From positions 1-63,339 of the forward strand of contig JAGUWJ010000010.1 in NCBI GenBank assembly GCA_020062425.1: a stretch of 63,339 nt of DNA, read 5' to 3'. The stretch comes from Actinomycetota bacterium (GTDB taxonomy: Bacteria > Actinomycetota > Geothermincolia > Fen-727 > Anoxymicrobiaceae). The notes under the pieces are model-generated. The model did not search any database. It saw only the letters and a list, made by a program, of their open reading frames with translations, and had not been told where the DNA came from. A program made the position numbers and the translations under genes. This document shows, piece by piece, positions 47,198 through 56,134 of the stretch. Position 1 is the first letter of the stretch. Each line of letters opens with the position of its first letter.

Positions 47198-48664
47198 TCA
47201 GACCAGCACGGAGTCGCGCATCCTCTCCCTGTACAGGTAGTACTGCGACATGGCGCTTATCGAAGCGCAGGCGGCCTCCACCGAGTCGAAGGTCATGGGC
47301 AGGTCACCCGTGAACGCTTCGGCGGTGTCCGCCAGGAGAAGCTCCACGTTCGCCACCACGTACAGAGGGATTCCCGACTCGCTTCCCAGCGAGTACAGGT
47401 CCCACAGCGCTTTGTGGAAGTGCTTCATGCCGAGTTCCCATAGGGCGGCCATGTCGAAACCCCGGCCGCCCCTCTCCTGGATGTTCACTCCCTTGTGCCG
47501 CTCGGCCTCGACGAAGATGAACATTACCGAATCGACCTCGCCGCTTCGCATTACTATGTCAAGCACCGGTTTCAATATGGTCAGGTCTAGGCCCGCTACG
47601 AGGTCTATCGGATTTCCAGGCACGAAGTGGTCGGGCAATAACTCCACTACCTTTGCCAGCGTCTCGTCCGAGAGCTTAGCGACTTCCAGGCCGAAATCGG
47701 AGCAGGCGTCCGCCGCTATGACCCCGAGACCCCCACCGCTAGTGACTATGCCGACCCTGCGGCCGGTGGGCAGAGGCCTGTTCAGGAAGCTCGCCGCCGC
47801 AATGCTCGTCTCTTCGATGGTGTGAGTCAGGACAACCCCCGCCTGGCGGCACGCTGACTCGAAGATCGTCTCCGACACCGCCATGGCGCCTGTGTGGGAT
47901 CTGGCCGCCTGCATTCCGGAGCTGGTGCGGCCGCCCTTCAGGAGGACCACCGGCTTATTCGCGGCGGAGGTGCGTGAGAGTTCCAGAAATCGGCGTCCGT
48001 CGTCCACCCCCTCGACGTAGGCGACTATCACTTCGGTGTCATCGTCGCCCGCCATGTACCTGATGTAGTCCTCGGTCTTCAGCATGGCCTCATTGCCGCT
48101 TGATACAGCCCTGGAGACGCCGAAGCCAGCGTCGAGTATGCCGCCTATGAGCATATTCAGGATGTTGCCGCTCTGGCAGATGAAGCCGACCGAGCCGCTC
48201 CTGGGGTAGAAGACCGGCATCCACGAGTAGAACAGGTGCCTGGGGCAGGCTACGCCCTGACCGTTCGGTCCCACCAGGACCATTCCCGCGGACTCCGCCA
48301 TCGCCACCATCTCCGCTTCCATCGCGGCGCCCTCGACCCCCAGCTCCCTGAACCCGGCGCTGATGACCACCGCCGCCGGGACGTCCTTGGCGATACAGTC
48401 CTCGATGGCGTTCAGAACGTAACGAGCGGGAACGGTTATCACCGCCAGGTCCACTCTTCCGGGTATGTCTCGCACCGACGGGTAGCACTTCATATCCATC
48501 ACGGTTTCGTAGTTGGGATTGACCGGGTATATCTCCCCCTCATAACCACCGGAGACGAGGTTGTTGAGTATGACGAAACCCCACTTGACTTTTCCCTCGG
48601 TTGCGCCGACGAACGCTACCGACGCGGGCTCGAATGCGAAGTTGAGCCTGCTTGCCTCCACCAC
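47198..48664 (-). CDS. ADP-forming acyl-CoA synthetase alpha-type protein, second copy
   Basis: SVAFVGAT...YPVNP...YPSV...AVITVPA; collinear with the 21657-23093 product. GTG 48664 is proposed as the start by alignment with the paralog N-terminus. Confidence 0.7.
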   Translation of the reverse strand: MVEASRLNFAFEPASVAFVGATEGKVKWGFVILNNLVSGGYEGEIYPVNPNYETVMDMKCYPSVRDIPGRVDLAVITVPARYVLNAIEDCIAKDVPAAVVISAGFRELGVEGAAMEAEMVAMAESAGMVLVGPNGQGVACPRHLFYSWMPVFYPRSGSVGFICQSGNILNMLIGGILDAGFGVSRAVSSGNEAMLKTEDYIRYMAGDDDTEVIVAYVEGVDDGRRFLELSRTSAANKPVVLLKGGRTSSGMQAARSHTGAMAVSETIFESACRQAGVVLTHTIEETSIAAASFLNRPLPTGRRVGIVTSGGGLGVIAADACSDFGLEVAKLSDETLAKVVELLPDHFVPGNPIDLVAGLDLTILKPVLDIVMRSGEVDSVMFIFVEAERHKGVNIQERGGRGFDMAALWELGMKHFHKALWDLYSLGSESGIPLYVVANVELLLADTAEAFTGDLPMTFDSVEAACASISAMSQYYLYRERMRDSVLV

Positions 48665-48824
48665 TTTGAAACGACCTTTCTCTCCTGGTGCGCCGGCATG
48701 CGCCGGGCGCCGTGCAACAACAGTAAACAAGCCGGGAACGGAGGTCACTGGCTTGTGACACGTTATTATACTACTGTTCAAACAGGAAGAGCGGCTAGGA
48801 GCGCCGATACGCTGTGGAGAGCAA

Positions 48825-49334
48825 TCAGGGCGAGGTTCCCGGCTGCTCCTGTGCCCCCTTTATCATCTCCTCTATCTGAGCGCGCTCGGGGTGGTCCGGG
48901 TTGATCTCCAGCGCCTTCTGCAGGTAGGCGGCCGCCTCTTCGGTCTCTCCACGGTAGTAGAGGGTAGCGCCCAGGTTCACCAGGGGGGCGTAATTCCGCG
49001 GATCGAGCTCGATCGACTTCCGGAACGCGGCGATCTCCCTTTCGACGTAATCCGCGTCACCGGTCTTGTTGAACTGGAAACGGTACGCCATACCCAGCAG
49101 GTTGTAGCCCTCGGACGATTCGGGGTCCTTTTTCACCGCCTCGCTGTAATAGTCGATAGCCGCTTCGTAGTCGCCGCTCTCGAAGGCGCTTTCCCCTTTT
49201 TCCAGCAGCGAGGTCGCAGAATCCCCGCTCCAGAAGCCGTAGAAGAATCCCAGGCCGACCCCCGCGGCAAGAAGGAACGCCAGGAATATGGCTATTGCGA
49301 CCACGAATCCCTTGCGCTTTCTTCTGCTTGTCAT
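48825..49334 (-). CDS. Membrane-anchored TPR-repeat protein
   Basis: N-terminal TM helix, then three or more TPR-like units (AIDYYSEAVKKDP..., AAFRKSIELDP..., AYLQKALEINP). Confidence 0.8.
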   Translation of the reverse strand: MTSRRKRKGFVVAIAIFLAFLLAAGVGLGFFYGFWSGDSATSLLEKGESAFESGDYEAAIDYYSEAVKKDPESSEGYNLLGMAYRFQFNKTGDADYVEREIAAFRKSIELDPRNYAPLVNLGATLYYRGETEEAAAYLQKALEINPDHPERAQIEEMIKGAQEQPGTSP

Positions 49335-49611
49335 TGAACCGTTCCACTTTGCAGCCCTCGTCCTTTGGTGTTCATACTAGAGTCATTCATCCGGAGCCCC
49401 TCGAGTTCCTTTCAGCCGGAACGGCCCGTCAGCTGTTTTCTGCGCTTCGAGTAACCCGTTCTGGTGGTCTGTTGCTGGCCCCTTCTCCGTATTAATGTAT
49501 AGGTGTGCCGTTGTAGTATTCAGGGGCACACCGGCGGTACCGAAACCATGAATACGGCGGATGCGCCCGCGCGAGAGGCTTGAGCAAGCAAGAACAAGGG
49601 GGCTTCACTTC

Positions 49612-52600
49612 ATGAGCTCACTAGAGAAGCGGCGCTCGAGCCGAAGACGAAAGACCGCCTCGAGAGCGCTTGCCGCGCTTTCCGCCCTGGGACTCGCCCT
49701 CCTCGTCGTCGCCCCGGGGGTCTGTACCCGGTCGGGCGGTGGACTGTCGGTGACGCTCGAAGTGAGAGAGAGGGCGGGGGTGACGCGCCGAGCCGAGCCG
49801 GTGACGTCCGGTGTGCCCGTTGCGAAGTCCCTTGACCTTCGGACCGCTGACGGCTTGAGGCTGCTCGATTCCAGCGGGCGTGAGGTCCCGGCTCAGTTCG
49901 CTGTAACATCGAGGTGGGGGGGCTCTCCGAGCGACGCTTCCCGGCCCATACGCTGGCTGCTCATCGATTTCCAGGCGGATGTCGGTGCGGGCGGCACGGC
50001 TGCCTACCGGCTCGAGGGCGGCGGCGATGGCAGCGTGCGCGGCACTACCTTGAGAGTGACCAGGAGCGACGCGCAAGTCCTGGAGATATCGACCGGCCCG
50101 GCCCACTTCGCCTTTGGAAAGCGCGCTTTCCGGCTCTTCGATTCGGTGCATGTCGGGGGACAGCGGCTGCTGAGTGCGGCGAGCTCGTCCGGCATCATCG
50201 CGACAGACACCTCCGGCAGAGTCTACAGTTCCGCCGTCTCGGCGCCGAGCGAGGTGGCGCTCGAGGTGAACGGTCCCCTGCGCAAGACCGTTCGGGTGAA
50301 AGGGGCCCTTGCGGGTCCCGGCGGGAAGCTGCTCCATTACACAGCCAGGATATCGCTCTTCGCCGGGCACACCCGGGCGAGGGTAGCGCTGTCGGTGATC
50401 AACAAGCGTGACCCCGTGGAGGAGGGGGGCCAGCCCCAGGTCTGGCACATCGGCTCCCCCCGGAGCGCTTCTTTCCGCGATCTCTCTCTGAGGTTGGAGT
50501 GCAACGGGATAACCGGTGCCCGGTTCGTCCTGGGCGGCGTGGCGGGCGGCTCGCACGGCCCCGCCGGCTCCGCGAAGGTCTACCAGGACTCGAGCGGCAC
50601 CGCACACTGGGACCGCCACCGCGGCAACCATCCCCGTCCGCAGAGCTACGTATCGTTCCGCGGATACAAGGTCTACCGCGACGGCTCCCAGGTGGCGTCG
50701 GGTACGCAGGCGAGCCCCTGGCTCGACCTCTCAGGCGCGCAGGGAGGCGTCGAGGTGGCCGCCCGGGACTTCTGGCAGAACTTCCCCAAGGCGCTGCGCG
50801 GCTCCGGCGGGGCCGTAGAGGCCGGGCTTTTTCCCACCGAGTACGCGGGCAACTATTCGTTCAGGCCGCAGGAACAGAAGACCCATGAGCTGCTCTTCAA
50901 CTTCCACGGGGGTTCTCCCGCGATGGAGGAGCTGTCGGGCCTTGCGGCCTCCCTCCAGGAGCCGCTCTTCGCGCAGGCGACCCCAACCTACTACCTCTCT
51001 TCGGGAGCGTTAGGGCGGGTCACCGGGCTTACGGGGGACCCGGAGTTCGACGCGTACGAGCGGCTGAACACCAGCACCCTGGGCGGGGGCGAGACGGACC
51101 TGTACAAGGTCAGGGACGAGGCGGACTTCTACGGCTGGCAGGACTACGGCGACGTCCCCATCGACTACGAGGACGGCGGCACAGGAACGTTCAACCAGAA
51201 GTATAACTTCGACTACGGGATGATGCTCCAGTTCATGAGGACGGGTGATTTCAGGTGGTTCACGCTGGCCGACTCCGGGGGCAGGCACGTCGCGGACCTG
51301 GACGTCCTCCACTTCCAGGGGGAGCCTGACGTGTGGTGGGAGGGGGGGTTCTTCGGTCATTCCTATCACGACGAGGACAGCAACTCCAACCCCAACCGGA
51401 ACGAAGGGGCGCCGCACCCCGACCTGGTCTTCGGGGCGCCCGGCCTCTTTCTCCTGCACTACATGACCGGCAACAGGGTCGCTTACGACACCGCCATGGA
51501 GATAAGCAAGAACATCCGATACCGCTTCGACAACTCCTTCGGGCGGGGGAACGACCAGGGTTACGCCAACGCTTACGATTACGACAACGAGTGCGAGAGC
51601 CCCAGGCCGTTCGCTCACGGGCTGATGGTGCTCGTCGAGGCGTTCCGGGCCACGGGTGACGAGAGTTACCTCGCCACGTCCGGGTGGCTCATCAGGAACG
51701 CACACTCCGCCACCGACATGTTCATCACCGACCCCGTCCCGGGGGACAGGCGCTACACCAAGATCTTCACCTGGGACCTGCTGGAGCTGTCTCTGGGCAG
51801 GTACCTGGACCTCTGCGCTGAGTCCGACAGGCGCGACCCCGCGGGCGCGCGGGAACTCCTTCTCTCCTTGGCGCGGCAGGAGGCGGAGGTGATGTGGCGC
51901 ACTGACGAGCGCGGCAACAAGGGAGTGCCTTACGCCTGGATGCGGGACGGCACGCCCTGGGGCTGGGAGGACTACGAGGTGGCGGTCAATGTATGCAACT
52001 GGCACCTGCTGACCGCCGACGCACTTGCCTACGCATACGCCTACGGCGGGGGAGCGGGGCTCATGGACAGGGCCCGGGAGGCGTTCAAGACGGGCTCCGA
52101 CCCCGTCCTGGAGTACTATGAACCCACTTATACCGCGACGAAGGAGGCCACCAACAGCGCCAACTTCGGCCTGGTCTACATGCACCAGCGCCACCCTCCG
52201 GGCGACGCGCCCAGCGCAAGCGAGCAGTTCCAGGAGTGGCTTTGCCTGGAGAACCCCGGCGCGGCGGCGGCGAGCGTCACTATCGAGTACTTCATGGACG
52301 GCGGAGCAGGTCGCTCCCAGGTCGTGGAGGTGCCCGCCAGGAGCCGGAGGACCGTGAGCGTAAACGAGGCCGTCGGCGGCGGCAGGGACGTTTCGGCGAG
52401 GGTCACCGGGAGCGCGCCGGTGGTGGTGGAGAGACCGATGTACTTCAACTACCACGGCGCGTGGCAGGGTGGGCACTGCACCCCCGGCGCGCTCGAACCC
52501 GCGCGGAAGTGGTACTTCGCGGAAGGCTGCACCAGACCGGGGTTCGAGGAGTGGCTCACGGTCCAGAACCCCGGAGGATCGGATGCCCACCTGACCCTCA

Positions 52601-53499
52601 CTTACATGCTCGAGGGTGAGGGTACGAGCCGGCAGGAAGTTACCGCGCCGGCCGCCAGCCGCACCACGATAAGCGTGAACGGCTTTCTCGGGGTCGGGCA
52701 CAACGTCTCAACCCTGGTGGTGAGCGACCAGCCGGTGGTGGTGGAGCGGCCCATGTACTTCCTCTACCGGGACAAGTGGTCGGGAGGCCATACGGTCGTG
52801 GGCGCGCGTGAGCCGTCGCGAGAGTGGCACTTCGCAGAGGGAACGACTCGGTCGAACCCGTTCGACGGTTCGTACGAGGAGTGGATCTGCCTGCAGAACC
52901 CGAACGACAGGCCAGCCACGGCGCACGTCACATACCTGCTGGACTCGGGCGCGGAGGTGCCGCGGGATTACAGGGTGGAGGCGTCGAGCAGGCTGACCGT
53001 GGACGTGAACATGGCGGTGGGGCCCGACCGCGACGTGAGCGCGAAGATAGACTCTGACCTCCCCCTGGTGGCGGAGCGGCCGCTCTACTTCAACTACAGG
53101 AACTCACTCGACGGCGGGCACGCGGTGGTGGGGTCCGCGGGCGCCGGCACCCGCTGGCATTTCGCCGAGGGTTGCACCAGGGACGGTTTCCAGACCTGGC
53201 TCTGCGTTTCGAACCCCCAGGCTGAGAGCGTCGAGGCCACGGTGGATTACTACCTGGCCAGCGGTCGCACGGCGGCGCGAAGGGTGGTCCTGCCTCCCCG
53301 CAGCCGCACCACCATCGACGTGAACCGGGACGTCGGGCCGATGGAGGACGTCAGCATGCACCTGGTGAGCGACGCGCCTGTAATGGTGGAGCGACCCGTC
53401 TACTTCAATTACGGCCCGGGCTGGGCGGGAGGGGACGTCGCAGCGGGCTCAGCCAGGCCTGAGGAGACCTGGTATTTCGCGGAGGGATGCACCCGCTAG
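49612..53499 (+). CDS. Very large secreted protein: ~860 aa uncharacterised N-terminal region plus four FAEG-type repeats and a truncated fifth
   Basis: ATG 49612 follows AAGGGGG; signal-anchor LAALSALGLALLVVAPG. Repeat heads FQEWLCLENPG, WYFAEGCTRPGFEEW, WHFAEGTTRS...YEEW, WHFAEGCTRDGFQTW. The protein ends ...WYFAEGCTR-TAG. Confidence 0.85.
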   Translation: MSSLEKRRSSRRRKTASRALAALSALGLALLVVAPGVCTRSGGGLSVTLEVRERAGVTRRAEPVTSGVPVAKSLDLRTADGLRLLDSSGREVPAQFAVTSRWGGSPSDASRPIRWLLIDFQADVGAGGTAAYRLEGGGDGSVRGTTLRVTRSDAQVLEISTGPAHFAFGKRAFRLFDSVHVGGQRLLSAASSSGIIATDTSGRVYSSAVSAPSEVALEVNGPLRKTVRVKGALAGPGGKLLHYTARISLFAGHTRARVALSVINKRDPVEEGGQPQVWHIGSPRSASFRDLSLRLECNGITGARFVLGGVAGGSHGPAGSAKVYQDSSGTAHWDRHRGNHPRPQSYVSFRGYKVYRDGSQVASGTQASPWLDLSGAQGGVEVAARDFWQNFPKALRGSGGAVEAGLFPTEYAGNYSFRPQEQKTHELLFNFHGGSPAMEELSGLAASLQEPLFAQATPTYYLSSGALGRVTGLTGDPEFDAYERLNTSTLGGGETDLYKVRDEADFYGWQDYGDVPIDYEDGGTGTFNQKYNFDYGMMLQFMRTGDFRWFTLADSGGRHVADLDVLHFQGEPDVWWEGGFFGHSYHDEDSNSNPNRNEGAPHPDLVFGAPGLFLLHYMTGNRVAYDTAMEISKNIRYRFDNSFGRGNDQGYANAYDYDNECESPRPFAHGLMVLVEAFRATGDESYLATSGWLIRNAHSATDMFITDPVPGDRRYTKIFTWDLLELSLGRYLDLCAESDRRDPAGARELLLSLARQEAEVMWRTDERGNKGVPYAWMRDGTPWGWEDYEVAVNVCNWHLLTADALAYAYAYGGGAGLMDRAREAFKTGSDPVLEYYEPTYTATKEATNSANFGLVYMHQRHPPGDAPSASEQFQEWLCLENPGAAAASVTIEYFMDGGAGRSQVVEVPARSRRTVSVNEAVGGGRDVSARVTGSAPVVVERPMYFNYHGAWQGGHCTPGALEPARKWYFAEGCTRPGFEEWLTVQNPGGSDAHLTLTYMLEGEGTSRQEVTAPAASRTTISVNGFLGVGHNVSTLVVSDQPVVVERPMYFLYRDKWSGGHTVVGAREPSREWHFAEGTTRSNPFDGSYEEWICLQNPNDRPATAHVTYLLDSGAEVPRDYRVEASSRLTVDVNMAVGPDRDVSAKIDSDLPLVAERPLYFNYRNSLDGGHAVVGSAGAGTRWHFAEGCTRDGFQTWLCVSNPQAESVEATVDYYLASGRTAARRVVLPPRSRTTIDVNRDVGPMEDVSMHLVSDAPVMVERPVYFNYGPGWAGGDVAAGSARPEETWYFAEGCTR
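52222..53496 (+). repeat. FAEG-type repeat array, ending inside a repeat head
   Basis: Read from the translation. Confidence 0.75.
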
Positions 53500-53579
53500 G
53501 GCTTCCCGCTCTCCCGTGCCCGGGAGTGCTTCTCCGTCCCAACGTGGATTTCGCCAGGTACTGGCAGGATCTACGGTAA

Positions 53580-53604
53580 GGTGCCTGACACCAACGGAAG
53601 TTTT
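53580..53604 (+). repeat. Copy a of the GGTGCCTGACACCAACGGAA repeat
   Basis: ggtgcctgacaccaacggaagtttt. Its 20-mer is identical to 56073-56092, and its 22-mer is identical to the reverse complement of 55998-56019. Confidence 0.85.
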
Positions 53605-53875
53605 ACGCGGCTTCGGGGTAATGGCGCCGGAAAGCGCGCTTGGTCGGCTTCCTGAACAGAGCCCTGAGGGAGCACCACCGGAGGAAGCCCACCGTAAGCA
53701 GGTACACTCCGGGGAGCACGAGGAGGGCGGCCTTCTGGCTGTCCTTCATCTGCGACCCGGCGAAGATAAGAGCCGCTCCGGTACCCATCCTGTTTATTCT
53801 TCCAAGCCCGTCTACGTTCTTCCAGAAGAACTTCCACTCGGGCTTCTCCAGGCCGGCTTCCTTCTTCTTGCTCAT
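53603..53875 (-). CDS. DUF2892-like small membrane protein
   Basis: 90 aa; the NVDGLGRINRMGTGAALIFAG pattern resembles the DUF2892/YgaP C-terminal motif; two hydrophobic helices. Confidence 0.5.
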   Translation of the reverse strand: MSKKKEAGLEKPEWKFFWKNVDGLGRINRMGTGAALIFAGSQMKDSQKAALLVLPGVYLLTVGFLRWCSLRALFRKPTKRAFRRHYPEAA

Positions 53876-54224
53876 CTGCCGTTCCCTCCTTCAGATATCC
53901 AAGCCAGTGTCACGCGACTGCCCCAGACTACACCCTGAGCCCATTGATATCCACCTCCCGGTGCGTCAATGAAAAAGACGCGCTGTTCAGGGGTGCTGCG
54001 GTCGCGCGTCTTCAGAGAGCTCAAGGTCTGAGCCCCACCAGTGCATCCCCGCGGTGAAATTCCAGAGCTGTACGAGGCTCCCCTCACCACTTCTCATGGT
54101 TTTCCGCGCCTCAAGGGTGATCACTGCGCGCCACCGAATAGAATAGTTGAGGCTCACGAGTTCAGGCGGACCGAAATGCCCGTGCCGGGTGCTGGTGGCG
54201 CCTCCGGGACTGGAGATCGGATAG

Positions 54225-55181
54225 ATGGCAGTGGCGGTGATCAAGACCGAGGCGCTGACCAAGCACTACGGCAAGGTGGTGGGCGTCGAGGACCTCTATC
54301 TCGAGGTGAACGAAGGGGAGGTCTTCGGCTTCCTCGGTCCCAATGGAGCCGGTAAGACCACCACCATACGCTGCCTGATGGGACTGCTGAAACCCACCTC
54401 CGGGCGCGGCGAAGTGCTGGGCCTGGACACGTGGAAGCAGAGCGTGTCGGTCAGGGAGAAAGTGGGCTACCTCGCCGGAGAGAGCGCCCTCTACGACAGG
54501 CTCACCGGGGAAGCCCTCATCCGCTTCATATCACGGTTCGACAACCACTCCGAGAGCCACGGGCTCGAACTCGCCGAAAGGCTTAACCTCACACTCGACC
54601 GCAAGGTGAGCGGCTACTCGCGGGGCATGAAACAGAAATTGGCGGTGGTGCTCGCCCTCATGAAGAAGCCGCCTCTGCTCATGATGGACGAGCCGACGAA
54701 CGCGCTCGACCCGCTTACCCAGCACATGCTCTACGAGATATTGAACGAGTACCGCGAGAGCGGCACCACCATAATGTTCTCCTCGCACAACCTTCCCGAG
54801 GTCGAGCGGATATGCGACCGGGTGGGAATAATCCGGGACGGCAACCTGGTAGCGACCGAGAGGATGCAGGACCTGAGGAACATGCGCCTGCGAAACGTCG
54901 AGATAACGTTCGCGCGCGAGGTCCCGGGAGAGCTCGGTTCCATTCCCGGGGTGTCAGACCTGGAGGAGCAGGCGGGTAACCGGGTACAGCTCAAGCTGAA
55001 GGGTGAGATAGACCCACTGGTGAAGATGATAGCCTCGTATGATGTTGCGGACCTGTCAGCGAAGCACGCGAGTCTCGAGGACGTCTTCTTCGAGTTCTAC
55101 GGCCTGGAGAAGGCGTCAGGGGACAGTGCGGTCGACGGGGAGGCTCCGGCGGACGGCGACCGGGAGGAGGGCTCCCGGTGA
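54225..55181 (+). CDS. ABC transporter ATP-binding protein (ABC-2 type)
   Basis: Walker A GPNGAGKTT, signature YSRGMKQKL, Walker B LLMMDEP. Confidence 0.9.
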   Translation: MAVAVIKTEALTKHYGKVVGVEDLYLEVNEGEVFGFLGPNGAGKTTTIRCLMGLLKPTSGRGEVLGLDTWKQSVSVREKVGYLAGESALYDRLTGEALIRFISRFDNHSESHGLELAERLNLTLDRKVSGYSRGMKQKLAVVLALMKKPPLLMMDEPTNALDPLTQHMLYEILNEYRESGTTIMFSSHNLPEVERICDRVGIIRDGNLVATERMQDLRNMRLRNVEITFAREVPGELGSIPGVSDLEEQAGNRVQLKLKGEIDPLVKMIASYDVADLSAKHASLEDVFFEFYGLEKASGDSAVDGEAPADGDREEGSR

Positions 55182-55984
55182 ACTGGAACCTGGTGCGTAA
55201 GACCGTTACCGACCGCTGGAAGTTCATCGCCGCGTACGCGGGCGCGATGTCGGCGTGGGTACTGATGCTTGCCGCCATCTTCCCCAGCTTCCAGAACATC
55301 AAAGGCATACAGGATGTCTTCGAGAGCTACCCGGAGAGCTTCACGCGCTTCTTCGGCATAGACAAGATAGACATATCTTCGTTCGACAACCTCATGGGCA
55401 TCGAGCTGTACGGGCTCATGATAGTGATCATTATCGGCTCGTTCATAATAGCGTTCGCCCGAAGTATGGTGGCGGGTGAGATACAGGACGGGACCATTGA
55501 CCTCCTGCTGGCCCAGCCGATACAGAGGTGGAAGGTTCTTACCAGCGAAGGCGCCGTGCTGCTGGGTGGGATAGTGTCGATAACGGCAGCAACGGTACTC
55601 TCTGTGTACGCGTTCGGGGCCGCGTTCGGTATAGAGGGTATATCCTACCGCGGGCACGCTGCTTTTATGCTGCTCGCGGTAGCTCTCTTCGCGGCTATCG
55701 CCGGGTACTCGATACTGCTTTCCGCGGTGATGCGCGAGCCGAGGAGGGTGGCCATGGCGGCAGCGGGCCTGACGCTCGTCTTCTACCTGGTGCACTTCGC
55801 CGCCGGTTACAACAGCGTGATGGAGAAGATCGACTGGTTCAGCATCTTCCGCTACTACGACCCCATGAAGGCGGTGCGGAGCGGCTCGGTTCCGGTAGGG
55901 GACATCCTCTTCCTGCTCGCCTTCGCGGCGGTATTCTTCTCAGCCGCGCTGGTGGTGTTCCAGCGCAGGGACATAGCTGTCTGA
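55178..55984 (+). CDS. ABC-2 family transporter permease
   Basis: 4-nt overlap with the ATPase gene; six hydrophobic segments. Confidence 0.8.
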   Translation: MNWNLVRKTVTDRWKFIAAYAGAMSAWVLMLAAIFPSFQNIKGIQDVFESYPESFTRFFGIDKIDISSFDNLMGIELYGLMIVIIIGSFIIAFARSMVAGEIQDGTIDLLLAQPIQRWKVLTSEGAVLLGGIVSITAATVLSVYAFGAAFGIEGISYRGHAAFMLLAVALFAAIAGYSILLSAVMREPRRVAMAAAGLTLVFYLVHFAAGYNSVMEKIDWFSIFRYYDPMKAVRSGSVPVGDILFLLAFAAVFFSAALVVFQRRDIAV

Positions 55985-55997
55985 ATTTCCCATTGGT

Positions 55998-56031
55998 ACT
56001 TCCGTTGGTGTCAGGCACCAACGGTAGTTTT
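55998..56031 (+). terminator. Copy b: hairpin CCGTTGGTG-TCAGG-CACCAACGG plus T-tract (terminator-like or palindromic operator)
   Basis: 9-bp perfect stem followed by tagtttt, 14 nt after the permease stop. Confidence 0.55.
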
Positions 56032-56065
56032 CAGTTGAGGGTCCGTCCACGATTTCGTTAGTGCC

Positions 56066-56099
56066 TTCCGTTGGTGCCTGACACCAACGGAAATTTTCG
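56066..56099 (+). terminator. Copy c: hairpin TTCCGTTGGTG-CCTGA-CACCAACGGAA plus ATTTT
   Basis: 11-bp perfect stem and T-tract, 36 nt upstream of ATG 56135. GTTGAGG (56034-56040) can pair with CCTCAAC (56101-56107) around it. Confidence 0.55.
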
Positions 56100-56134
56100 T
56101 CCTCAACAAAAATTTCCAAGGTACAATAACCTTC

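Noticed and set aside
49502-49532. GGTGTGCC-N15-GGCACACC inverted repeat upstream of the large repeat-protein gene
   Set aside because: It is a single occurrence, is not related to the 20-mer repeat family, and has a long loop. It may be an operator, but there is no supporting evidence.
53497-53660. TAG read-through (or pyrrolysine) extending the large repeat protein
   Set aside because: Only the two codons after the TAG (G-F) resemble the repeat. The next ~50 codons show no repeat similarity and end in TGA. I saw no pyl genes. Truncation is the simpler reading.
55985-56134. Small ORFs beginning MVPDTNG on both strands (55839-56021 and 56071-56382)
   Set aside because: They arise from translating the palindromic repeat element and overlap real genes. 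They have no ribosome-binding site or coding signal.
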